A stretch of 64,000 nucleotides of DNA from Burkholderiales bacterium. GTDB lineage: Bacteria; Pseudomonadota; Gammaproteobacteria; Burkholderiales; SG8-39. Position 1 is the stretch's first letter. Every line of letters starts with the position of its first letter. Shown here in pieces: positions 47,676 to 57,126 of the stretch. The translations under genes were made by a program, and so were the position numbers. The notes below the pieces were generated by a model. The model worked only from the letters and a program-made list of their open reading frames with translations. It did no database searches and was not told where the DNA came from. The DNA lies in NCBI GenBank assembly GCA_035456405.1, contig DATIDG010000034.1, positions 22,151-86,150 of the forward strand, written 5' to 3'.

Positions 47676-48672
47676 CGCCGCGGCAGCGCCGCCGGTCCCC
47701 GTCACGATCCTTACCGGCTTCCTCGGCGCCGGGAAAACGACGCTGCTCAATTACATCCTCACCGAGCGCCACGGGCACCGCATCGCCGTCATCGAGAACG
47801 AGTTCGGCGAAGTGAACATCGATTCCGGTCTCGTCCTGACGTCCGAGGAGCGCATCTACGAGTTCACGAACGGCTGCATCTGCTGCGTCGGCGCGGTGCG
47901 CAGCGACCTCGTCAGGATCCTGAAACAGTTGATGAGCCGCCGCGAGAAGTTCGACCACATCCTGGTCGAGACCAGCGGGCTCGCCGACCCTCAGCCAGTT
48001 GCGGCGACCTTCTTCGTCGACGACGAGGTGGCGCGCCAGGTCGCGCTCGACGGGATCGTCACGCTGGTGGACGCGAAGCACATCGGCCGGCACCTCGACG
48101 ACCCCAGCCTGCACGGGCACGACAACCAGGCGGTCGACCAGATCGTCACCGCCGACCGCATCATCGTGAACAAGGTCGACCTGGTCGACGAGGCCGAGGC
48201 CGCGGCGGTCGAGGCACGAGTGCGCGGCCTCAACGCGACCGCGGAGATCCTCCGGTCGAGCTACGCGAAAGTGGCGCTCGACCGCATCCTCGGGCTGGGC
48301 GCGTTCGACCTGTCGCAGACGATGGCGATCGAGCCGGACTTTCTCGACCACCGCCATCATTCCCACCAGCACGACCCGGCGGTCGAGTCGATCGCCGCGG
48401 TCTACGACGCGCGCTTCGACCGCGTGCGGTTGGCCGGCTTCCTCGAGCGACTACTCGATCAGCGCGGCGACGACATCTTCCGCGTGAAAGGGATCGTCGC
48501 GCTCGCCGGCGACCATCGCCGCTGCGTCCTCCAGGCGGTGCACCGGATCATGGAACTGCGTCCCGCGAACCCCTGGGGTGCGGAGGCGCCATCGAGCAAG
48601 ATCGTGTTCATCGGCCGCAACCTCGACCGCGCGGCGATCGAGGCTGGCCTGAAGAACTGCCTTGCCGCCTGA
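47662..48672 (+). CDS. COG0523 (CobW/YjiA/ZigA-type) G3E metallochaperone GTPase
   Basis: [13 protein letters not shown]-loop, GCICC (CXCC), VNKVDL, and a His-rich stretch [12 protein letters not shown]. The ATG lies 14 nt inside the 3' end of the Mo-subunit gene. Confidence 0.9.
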   Translation: MQMPDAAAAPPVPVTILTGFLGAGKTTLLNYILTERHGHRIAVIENEFGEVNIDSGLVLTSEERIYEFTNGCICCVGAVRSDLVRILKQLMSRREKFDHILVETSGLADPQPVAATFFVDDEVARQVALDGIVTLVDAKHIGRHLDDPSLHGHDNQAVDQIVTADRIIVNKVDLVDEAEAAAVEARVRGLNATAEILRSSYAKVALDRILGLGAFDLSQTMAIEPDFLDHRHHSHQHDPAVESIAAVYDARFDRVRLAGFLERLLDQRGDDIFRVKGIVALAGDHRRCVLQAVHRIMELRPANPWGAEAPSSKIVFIGRNLDRAAIEAGLKNCLAA

Positions 48673-48723
48673 GCGCGAGAGGCGCGGACTGCTGCGGGAG
48701 CGTCGCGCCGGCGGAGTGCCGCC

Positions 48724-49716
48724 TTACTCGGGCTTGATCCCGGCCGACTCGATCGTTTTCGCGAGCGTCGCGACGTCGTCGCGGACCATGGCGCCGAACT
48801 CCCGCGCCGGCATGGGCAGCGGGTCCGCGCCGACCGACGCGTAGCGCTCGCGGAGGTCCGGCGCGACGAGCGCCTTCGCGAGCGCGTCGTTGAGCCGCTG
48901 CACGATCGCGGGCGGCAGTCCAGCCGGGCCGTGCAGGCCGACCCACAGGCGCAGCGTCACCCCCGGGTAGCCGGACTCGGCGAACGTCGGCACGTCGGGC
49001 AGGAGCGGGGTACGCTGGTCCGACATCATCGCGACCGGCCGGACCTTGCCCGTGCGGATGTACTGGATCGCCGACGGCAGTGCATCGAAGATCATGGTGA
49101 CGCTGCCGGAAATCATGTCCGGATAGGCGAACGCCGCGCTCTTGTACGGGATGTGCACGAGGTCGACGCCGGCCGCAGCCCGCAGCAGCTCGGCCGAGAT
49201 GTGACCGATGCTGCCCACGCCCGAGGAGCCGTAGTTCAGCCTTCCCGGGTTCGCCTTGGCATGGGCGACCAGCTCTTTGACGGTCCGGGGCGCCATCGCC
49301 AGATTCACCGTGAGGATGGTCGGGGTGAGCGCGACGCCGCCGATCGCAGTGAAGTCGTTCACCGGGTCGTACGGGCTCGTCTGGACGAGCCTCGGGCCGA
49401 TCGCGTACGCGCTCAGGCTCGAGAGCACAACGGTATAGCCGTCGGGAGCCGCCTTGGCCACGATGCCGGTCCCGAGCATGCCGCCGGCGCCGCCACGGTT
49501 CTCCACGACCACGGGCTGCCCGAGCACTTCCGACAGCTTCTGTGCGAGCACCCGACCGATGATGTCGGACACCCCGCCGGCCCCATAGGGCACGATCATG
49601 CGAACCGTGCGCGACGGATAGCCGCCCGCCTGCTCGCCTGCGGCCTGCGCCGATGCGCACGCCGGCGCCAGCGCGAGCGACACTGCAACGCATGCTGCCC
49701 CAAACAGTCTCATCAT
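48724..49716 (-). CDS. Bug-family (TctC) tripartite tricarboxylate transporter substrate-binding protein
   Basis: Signal peptide MMRLFGAACVAVSLALAPACASA. PSRTVRMIVPYGAGGVSD, VVENRGGAGG, NYGSSGVGSIGH motifs. Confidence 0.9.
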   Translation of the reverse strand: MMRLFGAACVAVSLALAPACASAQAAGEQAGGYPSRTVRMIVPYGAGGVSDIIGRVLAQKLSEVLGQPVVVENRGGAGGMLGTGIVAKAAPDGYTVVLSSLSAYAIGPRLVQTSPYDPVNDFTAIGGVALTPTILTVNLAMAPRTVKELVAHAKANPGRLNYGSSGVGSIGHISAELLRAAAGVDLVHIPYKSAAFAYPDMISGSVTMIFDALPSAIQYIRTGKVRPVAMMSDQRTPLLPDVPTFAESGYPGVTLRLWVGLHGPAGLPPAIVQRLNDALAKALVAPDLRERYASVGADPLPMPAREFGAMVRDDVATLAKTIESAGIKPE

Positions 49717-49766
49717 TCGACCCTCCCTATGGATGTCGCATCGTCGGCGGGATTCCGCGTCGGTCC

Positions 49767-51149
49767 TTAGGGCGTCGGATCGGTTGCCGCACCGCTCGCG
49801 CTTTCGCCCGGCGGGACCGCCCCGAGATAGCGCTCGAGATCCACCGGCGGATACACGACCTTGACGTAGCGTTCGTGCCGCTCGCGCGACAGCGTCGCGT
49901 CGATGATCGCCTTCGCCACCACGCCGTGCGCGTCGGACGAGGGATCCAGCTCGTTGCCGTGCGCGCCCGGGATCGGGATGACGTCCTCGTGCCAGCGCAC
50001 GCGCGTGCCGAGCGCCCACATGACGTCGGCCGGATCGCGGATGTCGACGTCGCCGTCGACGACGATCACCGTCTTGAAGTTGACGTGCGCCGCCATGGCG
50101 GCGAGCGCGACGTTGCGCGCCTCGCCGGGCTCGGGCTTGTCCAGGCTGATGATCGCCGTGAATCCCGCCGCGTAAGGCGGCAGATGCACGGCCTTCAGCC
50201 GCGGCGTGATGTGACGCACGAACCGGGCGAGCAGCGGCTCGCGTGTGATCATGTTCCCGACGCTGACGTGCTCGTAGCCGCCGCCGTTCATCGTCTGGAA
50301 GATCGGGTTCCTGCGGTGGGTGATGCGCGTGATGCGCGCTACGTGCTTGGGGTCGGCGCCCGAGTAGTGACCGGTGAACTCGGCCATCGGGCCCTCCATC
50401 TGCCTCACGCCCGCGAGGACCTCCCCCTCCAGCACGATCTCGGCCGAGGCCGGCACCATCACGTCGCAGGTGAGTGCGCGCACGACCGGGATCGCCGCCC
50501 CGCGCAGCGCGCCGGCGATCTCGTACTCGTCGGCGTCGTAGCGAAACGCTGCCGCCATCATCACGACCGGGTCGGGGCCGATCGCGACGCAGAAGGGCAG
50601 GTTATTCCCTTGCGGCTCGATCTTGTCGAAGAATGCCTTGATGTGGCGCCAGGTGTTCATGCTGATTCCGGTGCGGTCGGCGCCGAAGATCTGCATGCGG
50701 TTGTAGGACAGGTTGTGTCGCCCGGACTGCGGGTCGCGTGCGATCACCACACCGGCGGTGATGAACGCCCCCGCATCGAGCGGGGAATGGGTCGGGATCG
50801 GCCAGCGCCCGAGGTCGGGCTTGTCGATCACCATTTGCTGACACGGCGCCTGGCCCTCGACGGCCTGCGCGGCGAGCGGCCTCTCGGTGGCCACCGCCAT
50901 GCGTGCGCCGACTTCGGCCACCTCGCAGCCGAGCGCGAGCGCGATCCGGCGCGGCGAGCTCAGCAACCCACCGACGACCGGCACGTCGAAGCCGTTCACC
51001 TGGTGGAAGTAGGCTGCCTTGCCGGCGCGCTCGCAGGCATTGAGCACCGCACCGAGCTCGCGCACCGGGTCGACGGTGCGGCGGATCTCGTGCAGCTCGC
51101 CCGCCTTGCGGACAACCTCGAGGTAGCTGCGCAGGTCGTGGATGCGCAT
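49767..51149 (-). CDS. UbiD-family (prFMN-dependent) decarboxylase/carboxylase, paralogue B
   Basis: 460 aa. MRIHDLRSYLE, HNLSYNRMQI, MEGPMAEFTGHY and DVDIRDPADVMWAL motifs. Confidence 0.9.
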   Translation of the reverse strand: MRIHDLRSYLEVVRKAGELHEIRRTVDPVRELGAVLNACERAGKAAYFHQVNGFDVPVVGGLLSSPRRIALALGCEVAEVGARMAVATERPLAAQAVEGQAPCQQMVIDKPDLGRWPIPTHSPLDAGAFITAGVVIARDPQSGRHNLSYNRMQIFGADRTGISMNTWRHIKAFFDKIEPQGNNLPFCVAIGPDPVVMMAAAFRYDADEYEIAGALRGAAIPVVRALTCDVMVPASAEIVLEGEVLAGVRQMEGPMAEFTGHYSGADPKHVARITRITHRRNPIFQTMNGGGYEHVSVGNMITREPLLARFVRHITPRLKAVHLPPYAAGFTAIISLDKPEPGEARNVALAAMAAHVNFKTVIVVDGDVDIRDPADVMWALGTRVRWHEDVIPIPGAHGNELDPSSDAHGVVAKAIIDATLSRERHERYVKVVYPPVDLERYLGAVPPGESASGAATDPTP

Positions 51150-51153
51150 GAGG

Positions 51154-52536
51154 CTAGGACTGTATGCGCGCCAAGATCTGTGCCGCGCGCGAGAGCGCCC
51201 GCTCGGAAATCTTCGCCCGGATGCCCTCGAATCCCGCCTTCCGCGTCGCATCGAGGCCCATCCGCGACGTCGTGCCGGTGCCCGAGGCGGAGGGGTCGAG
51301 CGCGCTGCCGGGCAGCCCGTCGACGATGAGGACGTCGCGATGCGGCTGGAAGTGCGTCGCGAGCGCCCACAGCACCTCCGAGTCGTTGGCGATGTCCACG
51401 TCGGGGTCGACCGCGATCACGGTCTTGAGGTAGGGGTCCCACCCGAGGAGCCCCATCATCACCTGGCGCGCCTCGCCGGGGCGAAGCTGCTTCAGCGCGA
51501 CGTACGCGTGGAAATGCGTGCCGGAGGTCGGATAGTGAACGGCGGTGACGCCCGGGAACCGCTCCTTCAGCTTCTCGACCATCTCGGATTCGCGCGGGAC
51601 GCGCGCCAGATTGAGGTGCTCGGCGGAATTGCCGCCCGCGACGTCGACCAGCCACGCATCGCGCCGCCGCAGGATCGCATCCACCTTGAGGAGGTTGTTC
51701 GTCGAACGGCTCGACGAGTAGCCGGTGAACTCACCGAACGGCCCCTCCTCGGCGTGAGCTTTCGCATCGATGGTGCCCTCGAGGACCAACTCGGCGGCGG
51801 CGGGCACCGCGATGCCGTGCGCGGGCGTGCGAACCACCTCCAGCGGCGCGCCGAGCAGTCCGCCGGCGATGCGCCGCTCGTCGACGCCGAAGCCGACCCG
51901 CGCCGAGGCGGCGAGCATGAACAGCGGATGCGCGCCGATCACCATCGCGACCGGCATCGGGCGACCGCGCTCGGCGTAGAGCTGCAGCAGGCGCCACAGG
52001 TGCCCGCGCGAATGCAGGCTCGTCGCGAACTCGCTCTTGGAGTGCAGCATCGCGCGGTGGTAACTGAGGTTGCCCGCGCCGGTGTCCGGGTGCTCCGCGA
52101 CGACGATGCCGCTCGTCAGGTACGGCGCGCGGTCGGTCTCGAAGTGCTTGAGCAGCGGGAGCGTCGCGAGATCGAGTGCGCGCGTCTCGACGGTGTCGAG
52201 CACCGGACCGGACTCGATCACCCGGAAATCGCAGGCCCCGCGCGTGCGTGCCTGGTAGGTTTCGTGCAGGCGCCCAGGCTCGGCGCCGAGGAGACGGGCG
52301 ATGCGAGTACGCGAGCCGAAGACGTTCGTCACGACCCTCGCGCCGAGACCCGTCACGCGCTCGAAGACGAGCACCGGCTGGCGTGCGGCGGCCGCGAGCC
52401 GCCAGAGCACCGCGGTGATGTCCTGGTCGGGCGAGACCTCGTCGCTCACGCCGAGGACGTCGTCCGGATGCGCGGCGCGATAGCCCTCGAGGAAGCTGCG
52501 GAAATCCTGCGCGCCGGGCGGAGACGGGTGCGTCAT
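51154..52536 (-). CDS. UbiD-family (prFMN-dependent) decarboxylase/carboxylase, paralogue A
   Basis: 460 aa. QDFRSFLEG, GNLSYHRAML, EEGPFGEFTGY and DVDIANDSEVLWAL motifs. Ends 4 nt before the start of paralogue B. Confidence 0.9.
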   Translation of the reverse strand: MTHPSPPGAQDFRSFLEGYRAAHPDDVLGVSDEVSPDQDITAVLWRLAAAARQPVLVFERVTGLGARVVTNVFGSRTRIARLLGAEPGRLHETYQARTRGACDFRVIESGPVLDTVETRALDLATLPLLKHFETDRAPYLTSGIVVAEHPDTGAGNLSYHRAMLHSKSEFATSLHSRGHLWRLLQLYAERGRPMPVAMVIGAHPLFMLAASARVGFGVDERRIAGGLLGAPLEVVRTPAHGIAVPAAAELVLEGTIDAKAHAEEGPFGEFTGYSSSRSTNNLLKVDAILRRRDAWLVDVAGGNSAEHLNLARVPRESEMVEKLKERFPGVTAVHYPTSGTHFHAYVALKQLRPGEARQVMMGLLGWDPYLKTVIAVDPDVDIANDSEVLWALATHFQPHRDVLIVDGLPGSALDPSASGTGTTSRMGLDATRKAGFEGIRAKISERALSRAAQILARIQS

Positions 52537-52562
52537 GTGGCGAATCGCCCGGCGCGAGGCGG

Positions 52563-53477
52563 TCACTTCACGCCGGCGTAGCTGTCCTTCAGTCGCGCCT
52601 GCGCTTCCTCCATCGTGCGCGGCGGCGGCGTGGTCCGGATGCCGCACAGGCGCGCGATGTTGTTGCCCAGGTAGTCCTCGAGCCCATCCTCGTCGAGGTT
52701 CATGCCCTGGGGCGGCGGGCCGCACAGCACCTCGAGCTCGCGCAGCCACATGCCGGGCTCGTTCGGCGGTGAGTCGGTGCCGAACACGATCTTGTGCCGC
52801 GGCAGCTCCTTGGCGAACTCGACGATGCGCGCCTGGAAGGTCCAGCCCGACTCGCAGACCACGTTCGGCGTGTCCATCGCCATCCAGAACGCCTCGAACG
52901 AGTAGTTGCCGCCGGTCTGGATGCCGAAGTGGCCGATGATGAAGTTGACCATCGGGAACTCGCGGATCACCGGGTAGAACTGGGTCGGGATGCTGAACGG
53001 GCCGTCGCCGGTGTGGATCAGGACGACCACGTTGTGCTTCGCGCACATCTTCATCGCCGGGCGCAGCCAGTCGAGCGCCCGATCGGGGCGGTAGTTGTGC
53101 ATGTTGGAGTGGAGCTTCAGCATCTTGAAGCCGTACTCCTTGACGTGAAACTCAAGCTCGGCGGCGCCTTCCTCCGGGCCCCAGCGCGGGTTGAAGCTGA
53201 AGTTGCCGATGAACCGGTCCGGGTACTTCCGGCAGAGCTCCGCGCAGTAGGCCATGTAGTCGCGGATCCCCGGGCGGCCGGTGCGATTGCCCTCGCGGTA
53301 CACCGTGTTGCCCGGGGGCGGCTGGATGAAGCCCATGTCGATGCGCCGCTGCTTGCCGTTGATCATGTACGGGCCGTCCATCAGCTTGAGCATGCGCTCG
53401 CCGTTGAAAGGCGTACCGGTGTGCCGCCACGCCTCGTCGACGACGTTGGTCGGATGCAGATGGGTGTCGATGATCAT
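52563..53477 (-). CDS. Amidohydrolase_2 family protein (ACMSD/LigW/gamma-resorcylate-decarboxylase-like), metal ligands intact
   Basis: 304 aa. MIIDTHLHPT (HxH), IIGHFGIQTGG (His), VFGTDSPP (Asp). Confidence 0.85.
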   Translation of the reverse strand: MIIDTHLHPTNVVDEAWRHTGTPFNGERMLKLMDGPYMINGKQRRIDMGFIQPPPGNTVYREGNRTGRPGIRDYMAYCAELCRKYPDRFIGNFSFNPRWGPEEGAAELEFHVKEYGFKMLKLHSNMHNYRPDRALDWLRPAMKMCAKHNVVVLIHTGDGPFSIPTQFYPVIREFPMVNFIIGHFGIQTGGNYSFEAFWMAMDTPNVVCESGWTFQARIVEFAKELPRHKIVFGTDSPPNEPGMWLRELEVLCGPPPQGMNLDEDGLEDYLGNNIARLCGIRTTPPPRTMEEAQARLKDSYAGVK

Positions 53478-53495
53478 CGCGCTCTCCGAGCTTGA

Positions 53496-54416
53496 CTAGG
53501 CGGCCACGGGCTTCTTAGACGCGAGGCGCGCTTGCGCTTCCTCGGCCGTGCGCGGGGGCGCGGTGGGCGCAACGCCGATCATGCGCGCCAGGTTGTTGCC
53601 GAGATAGTCCTCGAGGGTGTCCTCGTCGAGGTTCAGGCCGTGCGGCGGCTCCATGCAGAGCACCTCGAGGAGGCGGATCCACATCCCCGGCTCGTTCGGC
53701 GGCGTGTCGGAGCCGAACATGATCTTGTGCTTCGGCAGGTCCTTGGCGAACTCGACGATCCGGGACTGCAGGCACCACCCGGACTCGCAGTAGACGTTGG
53801 GAAGCTCCATCGCCCACTGGAACGGCTCGAAGCAGTACACGCCGCCGGTCTGCACGCCGAAGTGCGCCATCACGAAGTTCACCGTCGGGAACTCCTTGAT
53901 GATCGGCACCCACTCGGTCGGGATGCTGTAAGGGCCGTCACCGGTGTGGAGCTTGACGAGCAACCCGAGGTCCGCGCACTTCCTCAGTGCGGGACGGATC
54001 CAGTCCTTGGCGCGGTCCGGGCGGTAGGCGTGCATGTTGGCCTGGAGCTGCACCATCTTGAAACCGAACTGCTTCGCGTGGCGCTCGAGCTCCGCGACGC
54101 CGTTGTCGATGCCGTAGCGCGGGTTGTAGACGAAGCAGCCGAGGAGACGCTCGGGATAGCGCTGCGCCAGCTCGACGGTATAGGCCATGTAGTGCTGGAT
54201 GGCTTCCCGTCCGGTCCGGTTGCCGTCGGTCCAGTTGTAGATCGTGTTGCCCTGCGGCGGCTGGATAAGCGCCATGTCGACGCGGCGCGGCTTGCCGTTC
54301 ACCGTGTAGGGCCCGTCCATCATCCGGATCAGATGCTCGCCGGTGAAGGGCTCGCCGTCGTGCCGCCAAGCCGTGTCGACCACCTTCGTCGGGTAACAGC
54401 TCATGTCGATGATCAT
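53496..54416 (-). CDS. Amidohydrolase_2 family paralogue lacking the N-terminal HxH motif
   Basis: 306 aa, collinear with 52563-53477 (PPNEPGMW, HFGVQTGG, FGSDTPP, LDEDTLEDYLGNN). The N-terminus reads MIIDMSCYPT instead of IIDTHLHP. Confidence 0.85.
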   Translation of the reverse strand: MIIDMSCYPTKVVDTAWRHDGEPFTGEHLIRMMDGPYTVNGKPRRVDMALIQPPQGNTIYNWTDGNRTGREAIQHYMAYTVELAQRYPERLLGCFVYNPRYGIDNGVAELERHAKQFGFKMVQLQANMHAYRPDRAKDWIRPALRKCADLGLLVKLHTGDGPYSIPTEWVPIIKEFPTVNFVMAHFGVQTGGVYCFEPFQWAMELPNVYCESGWCLQSRIVEFAKDLPKHKIMFGSDTPPNEPGMWIRLLEVLCMEPPHGLNLDEDTLEDYLGNNLARMIGVAPTAPPRTAEEAQARLASKKPVAA

Positions 54417-54749
54417 GCAGGCGCTCCTTCGGTGATCGTTTGGCGACGCGAAGGCGGTTCGAGCCGGAGTTCCCGGGCGGGGTCCTGTGCGTCTCGTGCG
54501 CCCTGATCGGGGAGCGGCGCGGGCAGGCTCGCGGTCGGGAATGCGCCGGCGGAAATCACCTCGCCTGTGAGCAATCTCCCACCGGGCGGATGCGGCGTTG
54601 CACCGCACGCGGCCCGGCCGACCGCTTCTACCCACGTCCCGGGCTTTTTAGGTGATCGACCGGGATCTGTCAAGGGGACAGCCGGGTCGCGCGCTCGGTA
54701 AGATCGGGCTCGGAGTCGCACGAGACTACACGCACGGAGCGCGCCGAAC

Positions 54750-55859
54750 ATGAAAGTCAGAGCCGCAGTCGCCTATGCCCCCGGCCAGCCGCTCGCGATC
54801 GAAACCGTGGACCTCGAGGGCCCGAAAACCGGCGAAGTGCTGGTCGAGATCCGCGCGACCGGCGTGTGCCACACCGACGAGTTCACGCGCTCGGGCGCCG
54901 ATCCCGAGGGGCTGTTCCCGGCGATCTTCGGTCACGAGGGGGCCGGCGTGGTGGTCGACGTGGGGCCGGGGGTCACGTCGCTCGGGAAGGGCGATCACGT
55001 CATCCCGCTCTACACGCCCGAGTGCCGGCAGTGCAAGAGCTGCCTGTCGCGAAAGACGAATCTCTGCACCGCGATTCGCGGTACGCAGGGCAAGGGCGTG
55101 ATGCCCGACGGCACCAGCCGATTTTCGATCGGCGGGAAGATGATCCACCACTACATGGGCTGCTCGACGTTCGCGAACTACACCGTGCTGCCCGAGATCG
55201 CGCTGGCAAAGATCCGCGCGGACGCCCCCTTCGACAAGGTCTGCTACATCGGCTGCGGCGTGACCACCGGCATCGGTGCGGTCATCAACACCGCGAAGGT
55301 CGAGGCCGGCGCGAACGTCGTCGTGTTCGGGCTGGGCGGCATCGGGCTGAACGTCGTGCAGGGCGCGCGGCTGGTCGGCGCGAACATGATCGTCGGCGTG
55401 GACCTCAACGCGGCGCGCGAGCCGCTCGCGCGCAAATTCGGACTGACCCACTTCGTGAATCCGCAGGACGTCCAGGGCGACCTCGTCGCGCACCTGGTGG
55501 AGCTCACCGGCGGCGGGGCGGACTACAGTTTCGAATGCGTAGGGAACGTCGATCTGATGCGCCAGGCGCTGGAGTGCTGCCACCGCGGGTGGGGCGTGTC
55601 GGTGATCATTGGCGTCGCCGGCGCCGGCCAGGAGATCAGGACGCGCCCGTTCCAGCTCGTGACCGGGCGGGTGTGGAAAGGGACCGCGTTCGGCGGCGCG
55701 AGAGGGCGGACCGATGTCCCGAAGATCGTCGACTGGTACATGGACGGCAGGATCAACATCGACGATCTGATCACGCACACCATGCCCCTCGAGCGCATCA
55801 ACGAGGCCTTCGACCTGATGCACGAAGGCAGGTCGATCCGGAGCGTCGTCGTCTATTGA
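54750..55859 (+). CDS. adhC: S-(hydroxymethyl)glutathione dehydrogenase / class III alcohol dehydrogenase
   Basis: 369 aa. [35 protein letters not shown] and GLGGIGL motifs. Confidence 0.95.
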   Translation: MKVRAAVAYAPGQPLAIETVDLEGPKTGEVLVEIRATGVCHTDEFTRSGADPEGLFPAIFGHEGAGVVVDVGPGVTSLGKGDHVIPLYTPECRQCKSCLSRKTNLCTAIRGTQGKGVMPDGTSRFSIGGKMIHHYMGCSTFANYTVLPEIALAKIRADAPFDKVCYIGCGVTTGIGAVINTAKVEAGANVVVFGLGGIGLNVVQGARLVGANMIVGVDLNAAREPLARKFGLTHFVNPQDVQGDLVAHLVELTGGGADYSFECVGNVDLMRQALECCHRGWGVSVIIGVAGAGQEIRTRPFQLVTGRVWKGTAFGGARGRTDVPKIVDWYMDGRINIDDLITHTMPLERINEAFDLMHEGRSIRSVVVY

Positions 55860-56467
55860 ACCTGCGGCGCCGCCTGCGCGGTGATCGACCGCGCGCGGCG
55901 CGAGAGCTCTTCCCAGAGCGTGGAGGTGTCCTTGCGGAAGACGGTGTCGGGGTCCGCGTCGAACACCCACCAGTCCCCGCGCTGCAGCTCGTTTGCGAGC
56001 TGCCCGGGCGCCCAGCCCGAGTAGCCGTTGAAGAACCGCACCTGCTCGGGCGGATTGAGCAGCAGCTGCTCGACCGTGGGCGGAAGGAGCGCGAGATGCA
56101 GGTCACCGACCACCGGGAACGTCTGGCCCGGCACCTCCTGCGCGCGGAACACCGCGAACAGCCCCACGGGTTCGACCGGCCCGCCGAAGTAGAGCGGCTC
56201 GGTGAACTTCGCGAGCGTCGGATTGCCGGGTAGGATGTTCGCCAGCGACTGCTTCATCGGGCGGTTGATGATCACGCCGAGCGTCGCACCGTCCGGCGCG
56301 TTGGCGACAAGGACGACGGTGCGCTGGAAGTTCGGGTCGAGGATCGTAGGCTTGGCGACCAGGAAGAAGCCGCGCTCGGCCTGCTGCGCGACCGCAGCGT
56401 GGACGGCGAGCGCGAGAAAGACTGCGACCAGCAGCCGCAGCGCGGCGCGGGCCCCGATCGCCTTCAC
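55853..56467 (-). CDS. YqgE/AlgH (UPF0301, DUF179) family protein with a predicted signal peptide
   Basis: [29 protein letters not shown], then [27 protein letters not shown] and [14 protein letters not shown]. Confidence 0.8.
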   Translation of the reverse strand: MKAIGARAALRLLVAVFLALAVHAAVAQQAERGFFLVAKPTILDPNFQRTVVLVANAPDGATLGVIINRPMKQSLANILPGNPTLAKFTEPLYFGGPVEPVGLFAVFRAQEVPGQTFPVVGDLHLALLPPTVEQLLLNPPEQVRFFNGYSGWAPGQLANELQRGDWWVFDADPDTVFRKDTSTLWEELSRRARSITAQAAPQVQ

Positions 56468-56471
56468 TGCT

Positions 56472-57092
56472 TCAATCGATCGCGTGCTCCGCCGGCACCG
56501 ATGCGCTGATCTGCCGCGCCATCCGCAGCATTTCTTCCCAGATCACGTCGGTGTCCTTGCGGAAGATCGTGTTGATGTCCGGGTTGAGGACATGCCAGAG
56601 CCCGCGGTCGATCTCGCGCCGCAGCTCGCCCGGGCGCCAGCCCACGTACCCGACGTAGTAGCGGGCGTCGTTCGGCCGCTCCTCGATGATCCGGTCGATC
56701 GTGTTCACGTTGATCGCCAGGTACAGGCTCGGCATCATCAGGAGCGAGCCCTGCCCAGGGCTCGCGTCCCCCCGCACGACGGCGACCAGCGCGCTCGTCG
56801 AGAACGGGCCGCCGAAGAACACCGGCTCGATCACTTTCTTGGACGGCTCGTGGTCGGGAAAGAGGCGCGACAGCGTCTGGCGCAGCGGGCGGTTGATGAT
56901 CACGCCGATGTGGCCGCCGTTGGCGGTGGGCGAGGCGATGAGCACGGTGTGGCGGTACTCCGGATCGCGGAATGCGGGTGCGGCGACGAGGAAGACGGCA
57001 CCGTCGGTCGAGGGGGTCTGCCCCTGCGCCCAGGCCGTCGAGGCGGCGACGGCGACCAGCGCGGCGGCGAGCAGGCGAAGGCAGACTGTCAT
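56472..57092 (-). CDS. YqgE/AlgH (UPF0301, DUF179) family paralogue with a predicted signal peptide
   Basis: MTVCLRLLAAALVAVAASTAWA-QG, then RDPEYRHTVLIA, GVIINRP, FFGGPFS and GYVGWRPGELRREI. Ends 4 nt upstream of the paralogue start. Confidence 0.8.
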   Translation of the reverse strand: MTVCLRLLAAALVAVAASTAWAQGQTPSTDGAVFLVAAPAFRDPEYRHTVLIASPTANGGHIGVIINRPLRQTLSRLFPDHEPSKKVIEPVFFGGPFSTSALVAVVRGDASPGQGSLLMMPSLYLAINVNTIDRIIEERPNDARYYVGYVGWRPGELRREIDRGLWHVLNPDINTIFRKDTDVIWEEMLRMARQISASVPAEHAID

Positions 57093-57126
57093 CTCATCAT
57101 CCTCAGGAAACGTTGCGTCACCGACC

